From assembly GCA_043821445.1 (NCBI GenBank), contig JBDRCT010000036.1, forward strand, positions 25,879-89,878: 64,000 nucleotides of DNA, in the 5' to 3' direction. This DNA is from Candidatus Omnitrophota bacterium. GTDB taxonomy: Bacteria; Omnitrophota; Omnitrophia; Omnitrophales; Aquincolibacteriaceae. Positions within the stretch are counted from its first letter, which is position 1; each line of letters starts with the position of its first letter. A program made the position numbers and the translations under genes. The notes under the pieces were generated by a model. The model saw only the letters and a program-made list of their open reading frames with translations, ran no database searches and was not told the DNA's origin. Positions 17,991 through 26,654 of this stretch are shown piece by piece.

Positions 17991-18554
17991 TTATCTTTTC
18001 TTTTTTTTGCCGCGGGATTTAGAAACAGGTTTTTTGCCGCTTTTCGCGGATTTGGATTGCTTGCCTTTGGACGTGGCGGCCTCCCCCTTGGATTCCCCGC
18101 CGGTGGCGGGTTTTAATGCTCTCAGATGATGCGGCACGACAACATGCGAGGTCAGGTCCTTAGGAACATGGCCGGCTTTCCGGATCGCAAAACATTCCGG
18201 ACAATAGACCGGACGGTCCCCGCTCGGCTTAAAAGGCACCTCACAGCGCTTACAACAATCGGCACAGACCGCCTGGTAAAGAATTCTTTCGCGCTGGCCT
18301 TGGTTCTGCTGAGGACTCTGCTCCTGCCGCGGGACAGACTGCACGTGATAAGACGGCTGCGGGCGCTGAAACTCCTGGACCGCGCGTCTTACCTCGTTCG
18401 GGAAGGCCAGGGTCCGGCCAAGCACTTGATCCGTTTTCCTCTCCAAGTTCTCGAGCCGTTCTACGAACTTCGTCATGATGGTGACGAGGTCCGGTAGTTC
18501 GCTTTTCACCGCCGAAGACCTTTTGGATTTTTTTGCTTTTGCTCGTTTTGCCAT
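17991..18554 (-). CDS. Highly basic protein with CxxCC..C-x9-CxxC zinc-ribbon
   Basis: Start MAKRAKAKK with AAGGAGG RBS. CADCCKRCEVPFKPSGDRPVYCPECF. Lys-rich tails at both ends. Confidence 0.5.
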   Translation of the reverse strand: MAKRAKAKKSKRSSAVKSELPDLVTIMTKFVERLENLERKTDQVLGRTLAFPNEVRRAVQEFQRPQPSYHVQSVPRQEQSPQQNQGQRERILYQAVCADCCKRCEVPFKPSGDRPVYCPECFAIRKAGHVPKDLTSHVVVPHHLRALKPATGGESKGEAATSKGKQSKSAKSGKKPVSKSRGKKKKR

Positions 18555-18772
18555 GAGAAATAACCTCCTTTCCCTAAGTAGGAACGGCGGAGGGGGGGAT
18601 TTGGCTCCTTCCGCTCGCCTCGTAACACGAGGCAAGCTTCTGGTAGGCCACCCGCCCTTGAAACATGACGCCAGTCATGTTTCATTTCAGGGCTCCCTTC
18701 AAATCCCCTTCCCGTTCAAGGACAGCAGCTTCCTCGGCTGCCGCCTTGACCGTCATTGATTAACAAAATAAA

Positions 18773-18867
18773 TGGCGGAGGGGGGGGGATTTGAACCCCC
18801 GGTGACGCTTTAGGCGCCACAGCGGTTTAGCAAACCGCCGCACTAAACCGGGCTATGCGACCCCTCC
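18773..18867 (-). tRNA. tRNA-Ser (anticodon GCU), class II with long variable arm
   Basis: Minus strand GGAGGGG..D-arm..GCGGT-TTGCTAA-ACCGC (anticodon GCT)..long variable arm..GGGGGTTCAAATCCCCC..CCA. Confidence 0.8.
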
Positions 18868-19112
18868 AAAATCTGTTTTCTTCCTTGCCCCGACTTCAAA
18901 AAGTTTTCGCGTTTACGGGCTTCCGTATAGTTTTCAAAGAACTCTTCGAAAAGAAGAGTCTAAGGTTTTCCGGATTTTGTCCATCGTGACCTGCCCGCAT
19001 TATGCTCCGCAACCCTTTTAGCCGAAGAGTTTTCGTGGCTTGAGCCCACGTAATGCTTGCCGGTCTTCTTGCTTTGCAATACATAAACACAGGACATTTT
19101 TTATCTCGCACT

Positions 19113-19167
19113 TCCGCCAGAGGCGGATCCGCCTCTGGCGGAAAACCGAGCTATGCGACCCCTCCAT
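19113..19167 (-). repeat. Perfect palindrome (13-bp arms, 2-nt spacer) fused to a 20-nt duplicate of the tRNA-Ser 5' end
   Basis: CCGCCAGAGGCGG-AT-CCGCCTCTGGCGG at 19113..19140. CCGAGCTATGCGACCCCTCC at 19146..19165 matches the tRNA 5' end at 18848..18867 with 1 mismatch. Confidence 0.6.
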
Positions 19168-19381
19168 CAAATTAATCCGCCAAAGCGAGGCATAATATAA
19201 CAAATAATGGAACTCTCGAGATAAAAAAGTGTTTTTTGTTTCAGGAGAACTTTGCCGGCAGCAATAGTTTCGGGGGGCTTTGGCGCAGAACCCTGTCGGT
19301 TTTTTCTAGGCTTCATTCTCTTGATAGACTAAAATGCGTCCCTTACAGGATGCACTCTTCTAAGGGGGAGGCTGGGCCGCT

Positions 19382-20182
19382 TTGGATCTTATCAGTGAAC
19401 TTGAAAATAAAACGATCTATATCCTCCGGGAGGCTCACAGCCGCTTCAAAAACACCGCTCTCTTGTGGTCTATGGGGAAGGATTCGACAGCCATGCTTTG
19501 GATCGCGCGCAAAGCCTTCTTCGGACAAGTCCCTTTCCCCGTTATCCACATTGATACGGGTTACAAGTTCAAAGAGATCTATGCGTTCCGGGACCGTTAC
19601 GCAAAAGAGTGGGGTTTAAATCTTTTGATCAGTAAAAACGAGGCGGCGTTGCAAGCCGGCATGTCCCCGCAAAAAGAAAAACTCGCCTGTTGCCACGCGC
19701 TAAAAACAGAGGTTCTTAAAAACACCCTCCGCGAGCGCGGCCTTAAGGCCCTCTTCTTGGCCATCCGCCGCGACGAGCACGGGATCCGCGCCAAAGAGCG
19801 GTATTTTTCCCCGCGGACCTTTGACTTTCAATGGAATTACAAGGACCAGCCGGCGGAACTATGGAATCTTTATCAGTCTGAGGTCGGTGAGGGTGAACAT
19901 TTCCGCGTCCACCCCATGCTCCACTGGACCGAACTGGACATCTGGGAATACGTGCGGCGGGAAAAGATCCCGATTGTTGATCTGTATCTGGCAAAGAACG
20001 GGAAACGCTACAGAAGTATCGGTTGTGCTTCCTGCTGTTCCCCGGTGGATTCCCGCGCCGACACGATCTGCAAGATCGTCAAAGAGCTTGAAGCTACCAA
20101 GGTCGCGGAACGGAGCGGCCGCGCTCAGGATAAAGAGAATGCCTACGCCATGCAAAAGCTGCGCAGCCTGGGGTACATGTGA
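19382..20182 (+). CDS. cysD: Sulfate adenylyltransferase subunit 2 (CysD, PAPS-reductase fold)
   Basis: SMGKDS P-loop-like motif. Family-typical length. Overlaps the downstream GTPase gene (ATGA). Confidence 0.8.
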   Translation: MDLISELENKTIYILREAHSRFKNTALLWSMGKDSTAMLWIARKAFFGQVPFPVIHIDTGYKFKEIYAFRDRYAKEWGLNLLISKNEAALQAGMSPQKEKLACCHALKTEVLKNTLRERGLKALFLAIRRDEHGIRAKERYFSPRTFDFQWNYKDQPAELWNLYQSEVGEGEHFRVHPMLHWTELDIWEYVRREKIPIVDLYLAKNGKRYRSIGCASCCSPVDSRADTICKIVKELEATKVAERSGRAQDKENAYAMQKLRSLGYM

Positions 20183-21408
20183 TGGGCCGCTCTCTTCTTA
20201 GGGTCGCTATGGTCGGGCATGTTGACCACGGGAAATCGACGTTGATCGGCCGACTGCTTTTGGATACCCGTTCCCTTCCCGACGGAAAGATGAAGGAGAT
20301 CAAAAGCATCAGCAGGGACCTCGGCAAGGAGGCGGAGTTGGCGTATCTGACGGACCAGTTCCGGGAAGAGCGCGAAAACAACATGACGATTGACACGACC
20401 CAGGTCTTCCTCAAAACCCGGAAAACCCAATACGTGATCATTGATTCTCCGGGGCATGTGGAGTTTATCAAAAACATGCTTACCGGTGCCACCCAGGCGG
20501 ATGCCGCGGTCCTGATTGTGGATGTCCTGGAGGGTCTTCGGGAACAAACCCGCCGTCATGCCTTTCTCATGGACATGCTCGGCATTAAAAAGCTGGTCGT
20601 CGTTTTTAACAAAATGGATCTGGTAAAGTATGAGAGGGTTGCCTTTGTCGAGAGAAAAGCCGTCTTGATGAAATTTTTTGAAGATTTGCATGTAAAACCC
20701 CTGAATATTATCCCGGTCTCCGCCAAAGAAGGCGTGAATATTTCAAAAAAGAGTCCGCAAACCCGTTGGTATCGGGGCCCTACGCTCCTTGAAGCCCTGG
20801 ATGCCCTGGCACCCGCGGTTAAACCTTCCCGCGCACACCTCCGTTTTCCTGTTCAAGACGTTTATGAGATCAACGGCCGGAAGATCTTGGCGGGTCAAAT
20901 CTTGTCGGGACAAGTCGCCGCCGGCCAGAAAGTCACGCTTCTGCCGTCGATGCAAAGCGCCGTGATAAAATCTATAGAGGTTTTTGGAAAATCCACCAAG
21001 AAGGCCGTTGCGGGGGAAAACATTGGTTTGATTCTCAAAGGCTCCGTCTCGGTTTTGCGGGGTGAGGTGATCGCGGAAAACAATAGCGTTCTTACCCCGA
21101 CGGTCCGTTTCGCCGGAAATGTTTTTTGGATCAGCGATCTTCCTCTAAGGATCAACGCGCCCGTCACGTTGCGTTGCGCTACTCAGGAGGTGCGCGGCCG
21201 CGTCACCGGGATCCGGAATAGAATGAATTCTTCGACGTTGGAGATCCTGGAAGAAAATGCTTGCCAGCTGAACGCGAACGAAACCGGCGGGGTAAGTTTT
21301 GTGACAGAAAAACCCGCGGTCGTTGAAGGGGTCGGCCCCTTGAACGGCCTGGGGAGATTCGTAATCGAACAGGACCTTCAGATGCAGGGCGCGGGCATTA
21401 TTTCCTGA
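20179..21408 (+). CDS. cysN: Sulfate adenylyltransferase subunit 1-like GTPase (CysN / EF-Tu family)
   Basis: GHVDHGKSTLIGRLL G1 motif, DSPGH (G3) and NKMD (G4). Translationally coupled to cysD. Shorter (409 aa) than E. coli CysN. Confidence 0.7.
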   Translation: MMGRSLLRVAMVGHVDHGKSTLIGRLLLDTRSLPDGKMKEIKSISRDLGKEAELAYLTDQFREERENNMTIDTTQVFLKTRKTQYVIIDSPGHVEFIKNMLTGATQADAAVLIVDVLEGLREQTRRHAFLMDMLGIKKLVVVFNKMDLVKYERVAFVERKAVLMKFFEDLHVKPLNIIPVSAKEGVNISKKSPQTRWYRGPTLLEALDALAPAVKPSRAHLRFPVQDVYEINGRKILAGQILSGQVAAGQKVTLLPSMQSAVIKSIEVFGKSTKKAVAGENIGLILKGSVSVLRGEVIAENNSVLTPTVRFAGNVFWISDLPLRINAPVTLRCATQEVRGRVTGIRNRMNSSTLEILEENACQLNANETGGVSFVTEKPAVVEGVGPLNGLGRFVIEQDLQMQGAGIIS

Positions 21409-21410
21409 TA

Positions 21411-23465
21411 TTAAAACAACGGCCTTCCGTCAAAATCACGCTCTTTAATCTCTTCATCGGTGTACCCTGAAGCTTTCAGGATCGTTGGCGTGATATCGCA
21501 AATGGAAGGCGCCGCTTGAATGATCTTTTTGTTCAAAAAGATCACCCCCGGAACAGCGGCGGGATCGAATAAGTGATCGCCGGACCATTTTTTAAGATTG
21601 TCCTCGATAAGCCCCGTCCCCATTCCTCCTACGGCTGTCTGCCACGAGGCGCGGTATCCGGGATTAAAGCCGACGTAAAGATCCGGAGCCTCTTTAGCAT
21701 AGGGCCCCCGGAAAATGTTTTCCTGTTTGTAGACATTCTTGACGACAGGCGCAGCATACTTTTCGTCATTCCAGGTTTTAAGCTCGCTGGCTATTTTATC
21801 TTTAAGAGTCTTTGTTTCTTCGCCGGGCTCCACGATCCCTTGGGATTCCCTGCCTTTCTGATTGACGTAAATGCCCCCGAAACCCAACGCGTAAGCCCTG
21901 GTCCTCGACCAATCGATCCCGTTCAGCGGGATCTGCTCCGTGGCCTCGCCGGATTCCTTTCGGACGAGGTACCCTTTTTCCGCTAACCAATTGTTCAGAT
22001 GAACTGTTCTCCGAAAGGTCCCGAAACCGTGGTCGGACAATACGATCAGAGTGTCCTGCGACCCCAACCTTCCTAAGACGTCCCCCAAAACATCATCCAT
22101 GCGCTTGTACCACGTTTCGATTTCTTCCTTGTATTCCTCCGCCGCGTCTTGGTCATACAAAGGATGCTGCGGATCCGTATAGCGCCAGAACATGTGCTGG
22201 ATAATGTCCACGGATTCGAAATAACAAAATAAGACGCCTCCCTTTAACCGGCCAAGCTCCAGATCGAGCGCCGCTTTTCTTTCCCGATGCACCTCCTCAG
22301 CCTGTTGAAGGAAGGCCTTTTCTGAAAGCCGTTTTTCGTTCAAGACCCAGGTATCCATAGGCATCCCTTGGGTGTAGTAAAGCCCGAGGCGGTCCGCGAG
22401 CTCCCGGCTATAATTCTCCGGGTAAGAGATCGGGAAAAGAGGGCTTCGGGGATCGAAATTGATCGGGCTAATGTAGAGTTTGAGTTCCGGTTCGGTCTCG
22501 ACAAGATAAAATTTGAATATCCCCCTGGTTTTCTTGAGGAAACCCAGACTGAATTCGACCTCGTTCCATCCGCTCCATTGACCCACTTCCAGCTCTGTTC
22601 TCTTGTGCTGGAACTCAACTGCGGCACGACTCTTATCCTGCAAGGTCAGCTTAAAGGGAACGCGGACATTCGTGGGGGTGCCTCCGGGTCCCATCGTCCT
22701 GGGGCCGATAAGGTGCATCGTCTGGATCTGTGCCGTTGAGGCCGGAAAAACTTTCCCTCCCATCTCCTGGTCCGTGTTCAGCGGCTCGGAAGTATAAAAG
22801 GTGAATGTCCCCTGTGTCCCCAAAATGTCGGGGACTCCCATGCCGGAAAGCATCCTCCCAAAAATTTTTTCCGCGGGGAAAGTGTCCGGGCAGGCCAGCA
22901 CAACGGTGGGAACCTTGCGTTGGGAAGTGTAATCCCAGAATCCCTTGGCCTTCAAGACGCGGACAGGTCGCCCGCGGTCCATCCCGGAAAAAACAAGTTC
23001 CACCCCATAAGTTCTGGGGTCCCTTTTAATGAAATCGAAGATCCCGTTCTTTCCGGGGTTTTTTCCGGTCGCGAAAGCCGCCCAGGCCACCGGGGACTGC
23101 GGCGGGTTCGTCGTTGCCAAACGGTCATAAGAACCCATGGCCTTGAGCCGGGCAAAGTTCGGTAGTTTTCCCTGCCGGATCATCGGCTCAATGATCTCCG
23201 GGCTCAGCGCATCCATGCCAAGAACAATAATTTTCTTATCGAACGGCGATGCTGTCTTTTTCATGAACACTCCTATAAGCGCTCCCGCCAAAATCAGCGC
23301 GATGACCGCTGCCATGAGCGGCTTCTTGTGCTTCTTTATAAACCGAAAGATCCCTCGAAGAAAAAAAATAAAAGCTCCAAAAAGCCCGGCCAGAAGCGTG
23401 ATCATCCACGCGCTCATATTTAAAAAGGCATAGCCGCTCCCCGGATCGACATACTGAAGAATCAC
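21411..23465 (-). CDS. Membrane-anchored alkaline-phosphatase-superfamily enzyme (type I phosphodiesterase/nucleotide pyrophosphatase-like)
   Basis: 684 aa. N-terminal TM helices. IIVLGMDALSPEII and VLSDHGF metal-site motifs of the AlkP superfamily. Confidence 0.6.
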   Translation of the reverse strand: MILQYVDPGSGYAFLNMSAWMITLLAGLFGAFIFFLRGIFRFIKKHKKPLMAAVIALILAGALIGVFMKKTASPFDKKIIVLGMDALSPEIIEPMIRQGKLPNFARLKAMGSYDRLATTNPPQSPVAWAAFATGKNPGKNGIFDFIKRDPRTYGVELVFSGMDRGRPVRVLKAKGFWDYTSQRKVPTVVLACPDTFPAEKIFGRMLSGMGVPDILGTQGTFTFYTSEPLNTDQEMGGKVFPASTAQIQTMHLIGPRTMGPGGTPTNVRVPFKLTLQDKSRAAVEFQHKRTELEVGQWSGWNEVEFSLGFLKKTRGIFKFYLVETEPELKLYISPINFDPRSPLFPISYPENYSRELADRLGLYYTQGMPMDTWVLNEKRLSEKAFLQQAEEVHRERKAALDLELGRLKGGVLFCYFESVDIIQHMFWRYTDPQHPLYDQDAAEEYKEEIETWYKRMDDVLGDVLGRLGSQDTLIVLSDHGFGTFRRTVHLNNWLAEKGYLVRKESGEATEQIPLNGIDWSRTRAYALGFGGIYVNQKGRESQGIVEPGEETKTLKDKIASELKTWNDEKYAAPVVKNVYKQENIFRGPYAKEAPDLYVGFNPGYRASWQTAVGGMGTGLIEDNLKKWSGDHLFDPAAVPGVIFLNKKIIQAAPSICDITPTILKASGYTDEEIKERDFDGRPLF

Positions 23466-23674
23466 TGGGCTTCACCCCTCCAGGTTCCCGCTCTCTCGCT
23501 TTTTTAAAGGCTGCCGTGGCCAAGGCGGGCCTGCTTAGCAACTTGTGACCGCCGCCCCCTGAAAGAGCTTCTAATAAAAGACGTCATCGAAAAAGTGCTC
23601 GCTATGATAACATATTTGAAAAGTTGCGTACATCGCGCTGCAGTTTTTTGCAAAGAACGGTATGGTTGAGATAG

Positions 23675-25051
23675 ATGCCGCTAAAATTATCTAGGAATCA
23701 AAGAACGCTCTTTTTCTCTGCGGTCACCGTCTTGGCGGTCGGTTCTGTTTGTTTTCTCACCTTTTTCAACAAGCCGCAGGAACTTGATGTTGTCTTAATT
23801 ACCATCGATGCCCTGCGCGCAGACCATCTCGGCTGCTACGGTTACAATAGAGATACCTCGCCGAATATTGACGCGCTGGCGCGGGAAGGAACGCTTTTTA
23901 CGCAAGCCATCGCGCAGGCTTCTTGGACGCCGCCGTCTGTGGGGATCATCACCACCTCGACCTATCCCCCAACGCACCGGTTGCTCGACTGGGGGGATAC
24001 CCTCAACCCGGACATTCCAACCCTTGCAGAAAGCTTAAAAGCCCGTGGTTATAAAACGGTTTTTGCGGGTGCTAATCCCGCTTTCCGCGACGGTCTTCAT
24101 GGCTCCAGCAGGGGCTTTGATGAATTTTACAATGAGGGCGTGCCCGCCTCGGTCCTGACCCAAAAAGCCTCGGAGCTTGTTGGGAAAGACCGCTCTAAGC
24201 CTTTTTTTTTATGGATTCATTATATGGATGTTCACGATTATGCCCCTTCCAAGGAGTTTGAAGGCTTATATGTTAATGATAAGTTCTATGACAAACAAAA
24301 AAAATTGCCCATCATAAAGTCCGTAGCCGGCCGTTATAGCTTCCGCGGAATCGCCGATTTTAGAGCGAAGAAACACGGCGGGATTGATAACCCTGATTAT
24401 TACGTAGCTCTCTACGATAGCGCCATCCGGTCTGTCGACCAACAGATAGGGTTCCTGCTCGGGAATCTGGCCCCGGCAACCGGTAACAGAAAAACCCTGG
24501 TTATCATTACCGCTGATCACGGTGAGATGCTTGGTGAGCACGGATGTTATTTTCACCACCGCACTTTTTTATATGAACCTCTCCTTAAAGTCCCTTTTAT
24601 TCTGCACTGCCCCAACAAGGTTCCGATTAAGAAAGTCGACGCGCAGATCCGCGCCGGTCTTGATGTCCTTCCGACCGTCTTAAGCGCTCTAAAGATCAAA
24701 AGGCCGGCCGTCATCCAAGGCGTCGCTCTGATACCGACGCTCACAAAAAGCGGTGCGGGTTCTTCTTATGTCTTAAGCGAGACTTACCACCGAACAAGCG
24801 TCAGGACCGACGACTGGAAACTGATCCGCTTCTCGGGAGAAGAGGGATTTTCGGGAAACTACGAGCTCTTTCATCTCAAAAGCGACCCGGGCGAAATGAA
24901 TAATCTTGCTTTTGTTGAAAAAACTCATTTGGCGTCCTTGAAGGAAAAGCTGGACGAGCACGACGAGAAGTTTCCTAATACTAGAACGCCGTCGCCTGCA
25001 CTGAGCGAAAGGGCTCGAGAGGGGCTAAAGACCTTGGGGTATCTTCAGTAA
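23675..25051 (+). CDS. Sulfatase-family (alkaline phosphatase superfamily) protein
   Basis: VLITIDALRADHLGCYGY N-terminal motif and ITADHGEMLGEHG. The signal peptide/TM helix is N-terminal. Confidence 0.7.
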   Translation: MPLKLSRNQRTLFFSAVTVLAVGSVCFLTFFNKPQELDVVLITIDALRADHLGCYGYNRDTSPNIDALAREGTLFTQAIAQASWTPPSVGIITTSTYPPTHRLLDWGDTLNPDIPTLAESLKARGYKTVFAGANPAFRDGLHGSSRGFDEFYNEGVPASVLTQKASELVGKDRSKPFFLWIHYMDVHDYAPSKEFEGLYVNDKFYDKQKKLPIIKSVAGRYSFRGIADFRAKKHGGIDNPDYYVALYDSAIRSVDQQIGFLLGNLAPATGNRKTLVIITADHGEMLGEHGCYFHHRTFLYEPLLKVPFILHCPNKVPIKKVDAQIRAGLDVLPTVLSALKIKRPAVIQGVALIPTLTKSGAGSSYVLSETYHRTSVRTDDWKLIRFSGEEGFSGNYELFHLKSDPGEMNNLAFVEKTHLASLKEKLDEHDEKFPNTRTPSPALSERAREGLKTLGYLQ

Positions 25052-25214
25052 TGTCCGTTGTAGATTTTGCCCGGGGAATTTCCTCCCGGGGGATTCCCGG
25101 TTCGGCAGTGATTTTGAGGCTGTTCGAGAGAATGGCGGCGACCATCGTAGACGGACTCTCTTGGTCCGTCACGATGTCGTCATCATGTTTCCGATAAATC
25201 TAGAATTGAGAACA

Positions 25215-25306
25215 TGGCGGAGAGACAGGGATTCGAACCCTGGAGACCCCTTTCGAGGCCTACGCACTTTCCAGGCGCGCCCGTTCAACCGCTCCGGCAT
25301 CTCTCC
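25215..25306 (-). tRNA. tRNA-Ser (anticodon GGA)
   Basis: Minus strand GGAGAGATGCCGGAGCGGTTGAACGG...CTGGAAA loop...long variable arm...CAGGGTTCGAATCCCTG...CCA. Confidence 0.85.
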
Positions 25307-25369
25307 TTAAAAACGCGGTAAAGTCTATGTTCTCCGGGAAGAATAATCAAGGGGCGAAAATAGTCCCGG

Positions 25370-26641
25370 TCAGTTCAGATAGGGCTGAAGGGCCTTCGGG
25401 AAAACGATTTGCCCGTCGGGATCCTGAAAATTTTCAAGAAGGCAGAGGACGATCCTGGCCAGCGCCAGCCCGGAACCGTTGAGGGTGTGAACGAACTCCA
25501 GTTTTTTGGTCGCGGCGTTGCGGTAACGGATATTCATCCGTCGCGCCTGAAAGTCCGTGAAAAGGCTGCAGCTCGAAACCTCGAACCATTTCTGTGTCGC
25601 CGGGGCCCAGACTTCCAAATCGAAGCATTTCGCCGCCGCAAAGCTCATGTCCCCGCTTCCGAGCAAAACAATGCGGTAGGGAAGTTCCAATGCCTGCAGG
25701 ACATCTTCTGCGTCTTTGACGAGAGATTCTAATTCCTGCAAGGACCCCTCCGGTTTTACGAATTTCACCATTTCGACCTTGTCGAACTGATGAACGCGCG
25801 AAAGCCCTCGGGTGTCTTTTCCGTAAGAGCCCGCCTCTTTCCGGAAACAGGGGGTGTAGCCCGTATATTTGATGGGCAGGTCTTTTTCCTCGAGCGTCTC
25901 GTCGCGCATGAGGTTAGTGATGGGAACTTCTGCTGTCGGAATAAGAAAATAAGAGCCCTTTTCCTCACCCTCTCCCGCCGCTAACGCGTACATATCCTCT
26001 TCCATTTTTGGGATCTGTCCGGTCCCGCACATGGACGTGCGATTCACAATGGCCGGGGCCCAGACTTCGGTATAGCCATGCTTTTTAACATGGAGGTCTA
26101 TCATGAAGCTGATCAGGGCCCTCTCAAGCTTAGCGCCCGCCCCAAAATAGACGGGAAAACCCGCCCCCGTGACCTTGCTCCCCTTTTCCATGGAGAATAG
26201 TCCAAGGTGAGCGGCCAACTCGAGGTGGTCTTTGGCCTTAAAGTTCATTTTTCGCGGCTCGCCCCATGTTCTGACCACCTTATTGCCCTCCGTTCCCTTA
26301 CAAACAGGCACGTCAAATATAGGCAGATTAGGGATTGAGAGCATTATTTTGTCAATTTTTTCTGTTAATTCTCCCACTTTATGGTCAAAATCTGATATTT
26401 TTTGGGATGCCGTCTTCATTTCGGCTATTATGGCTTCTGCGGGCTGTCCTTGTCGCTTGAACTTGGCTATTTCGTCGCTTGCGGCATTCCTTTTAGCTTT
26501 GAGCGCCTCGCCCTGCTTCAAAAGAACTCTTTTCTCCTGGTCGAAATCCAGAAGCGCTTGGATATCGACGGAAATGCCCTTGGCTTCAATCCCCTGGACG
26601 ACTTGGTCGGGGTTTTCGCGGATGAATTTTAGGTCGAGCAC
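25370..26641 (-). CDS. serS: Seryl-tRNA synthetase
   Basis: 423 aa. N-terminal coiled-coil plus class II aaRS core motifs. Typical MLDLKFIREN start. Confidence 0.9.
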   Translation of the reverse strand: MLDLKFIRENPDQVVQGIEAKGISVDIQALLDFDQEKRVLLKQGEALKAKRNAASDEIAKFKRQGQPAEAIIAEMKTASQKISDFDHKVGELTEKIDKIMLSIPNLPIFDVPVCKGTEGNKVVRTWGEPRKMNFKAKDHLELAAHLGLFSMEKGSKVTGAGFPVYFGAGAKLERALISFMIDLHVKKHGYTEVWAPAIVNRTSMCGTGQIPKMEEDMYALAAGEGEEKGSYFLIPTAEVPITNLMRDETLEEKDLPIKYTGYTPCFRKEAGSYGKDTRGLSRVHQFDKVEMVKFVKPEGSLQELESLVKDAEDVLQALELPYRIVLLGSGDMSFAAAKCFDLEVWAPATQKWFEVSSCSLFTDFQARRMNIRYRNAATKKLEFVHTLNGSGLALARIVLCLLENFQDPDGQIVFPKALQPYLN

Positions 26642-26654
26642 GGGGCAAAAACTC

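Noticed and set aside
19236-19619. 127-aa plus-strand ORF upstream of or overlapping cysD
   Set aside because: It overlaps the cysD 5' region in another frame. Composition is atypical. It has no support beyond being an open frame.
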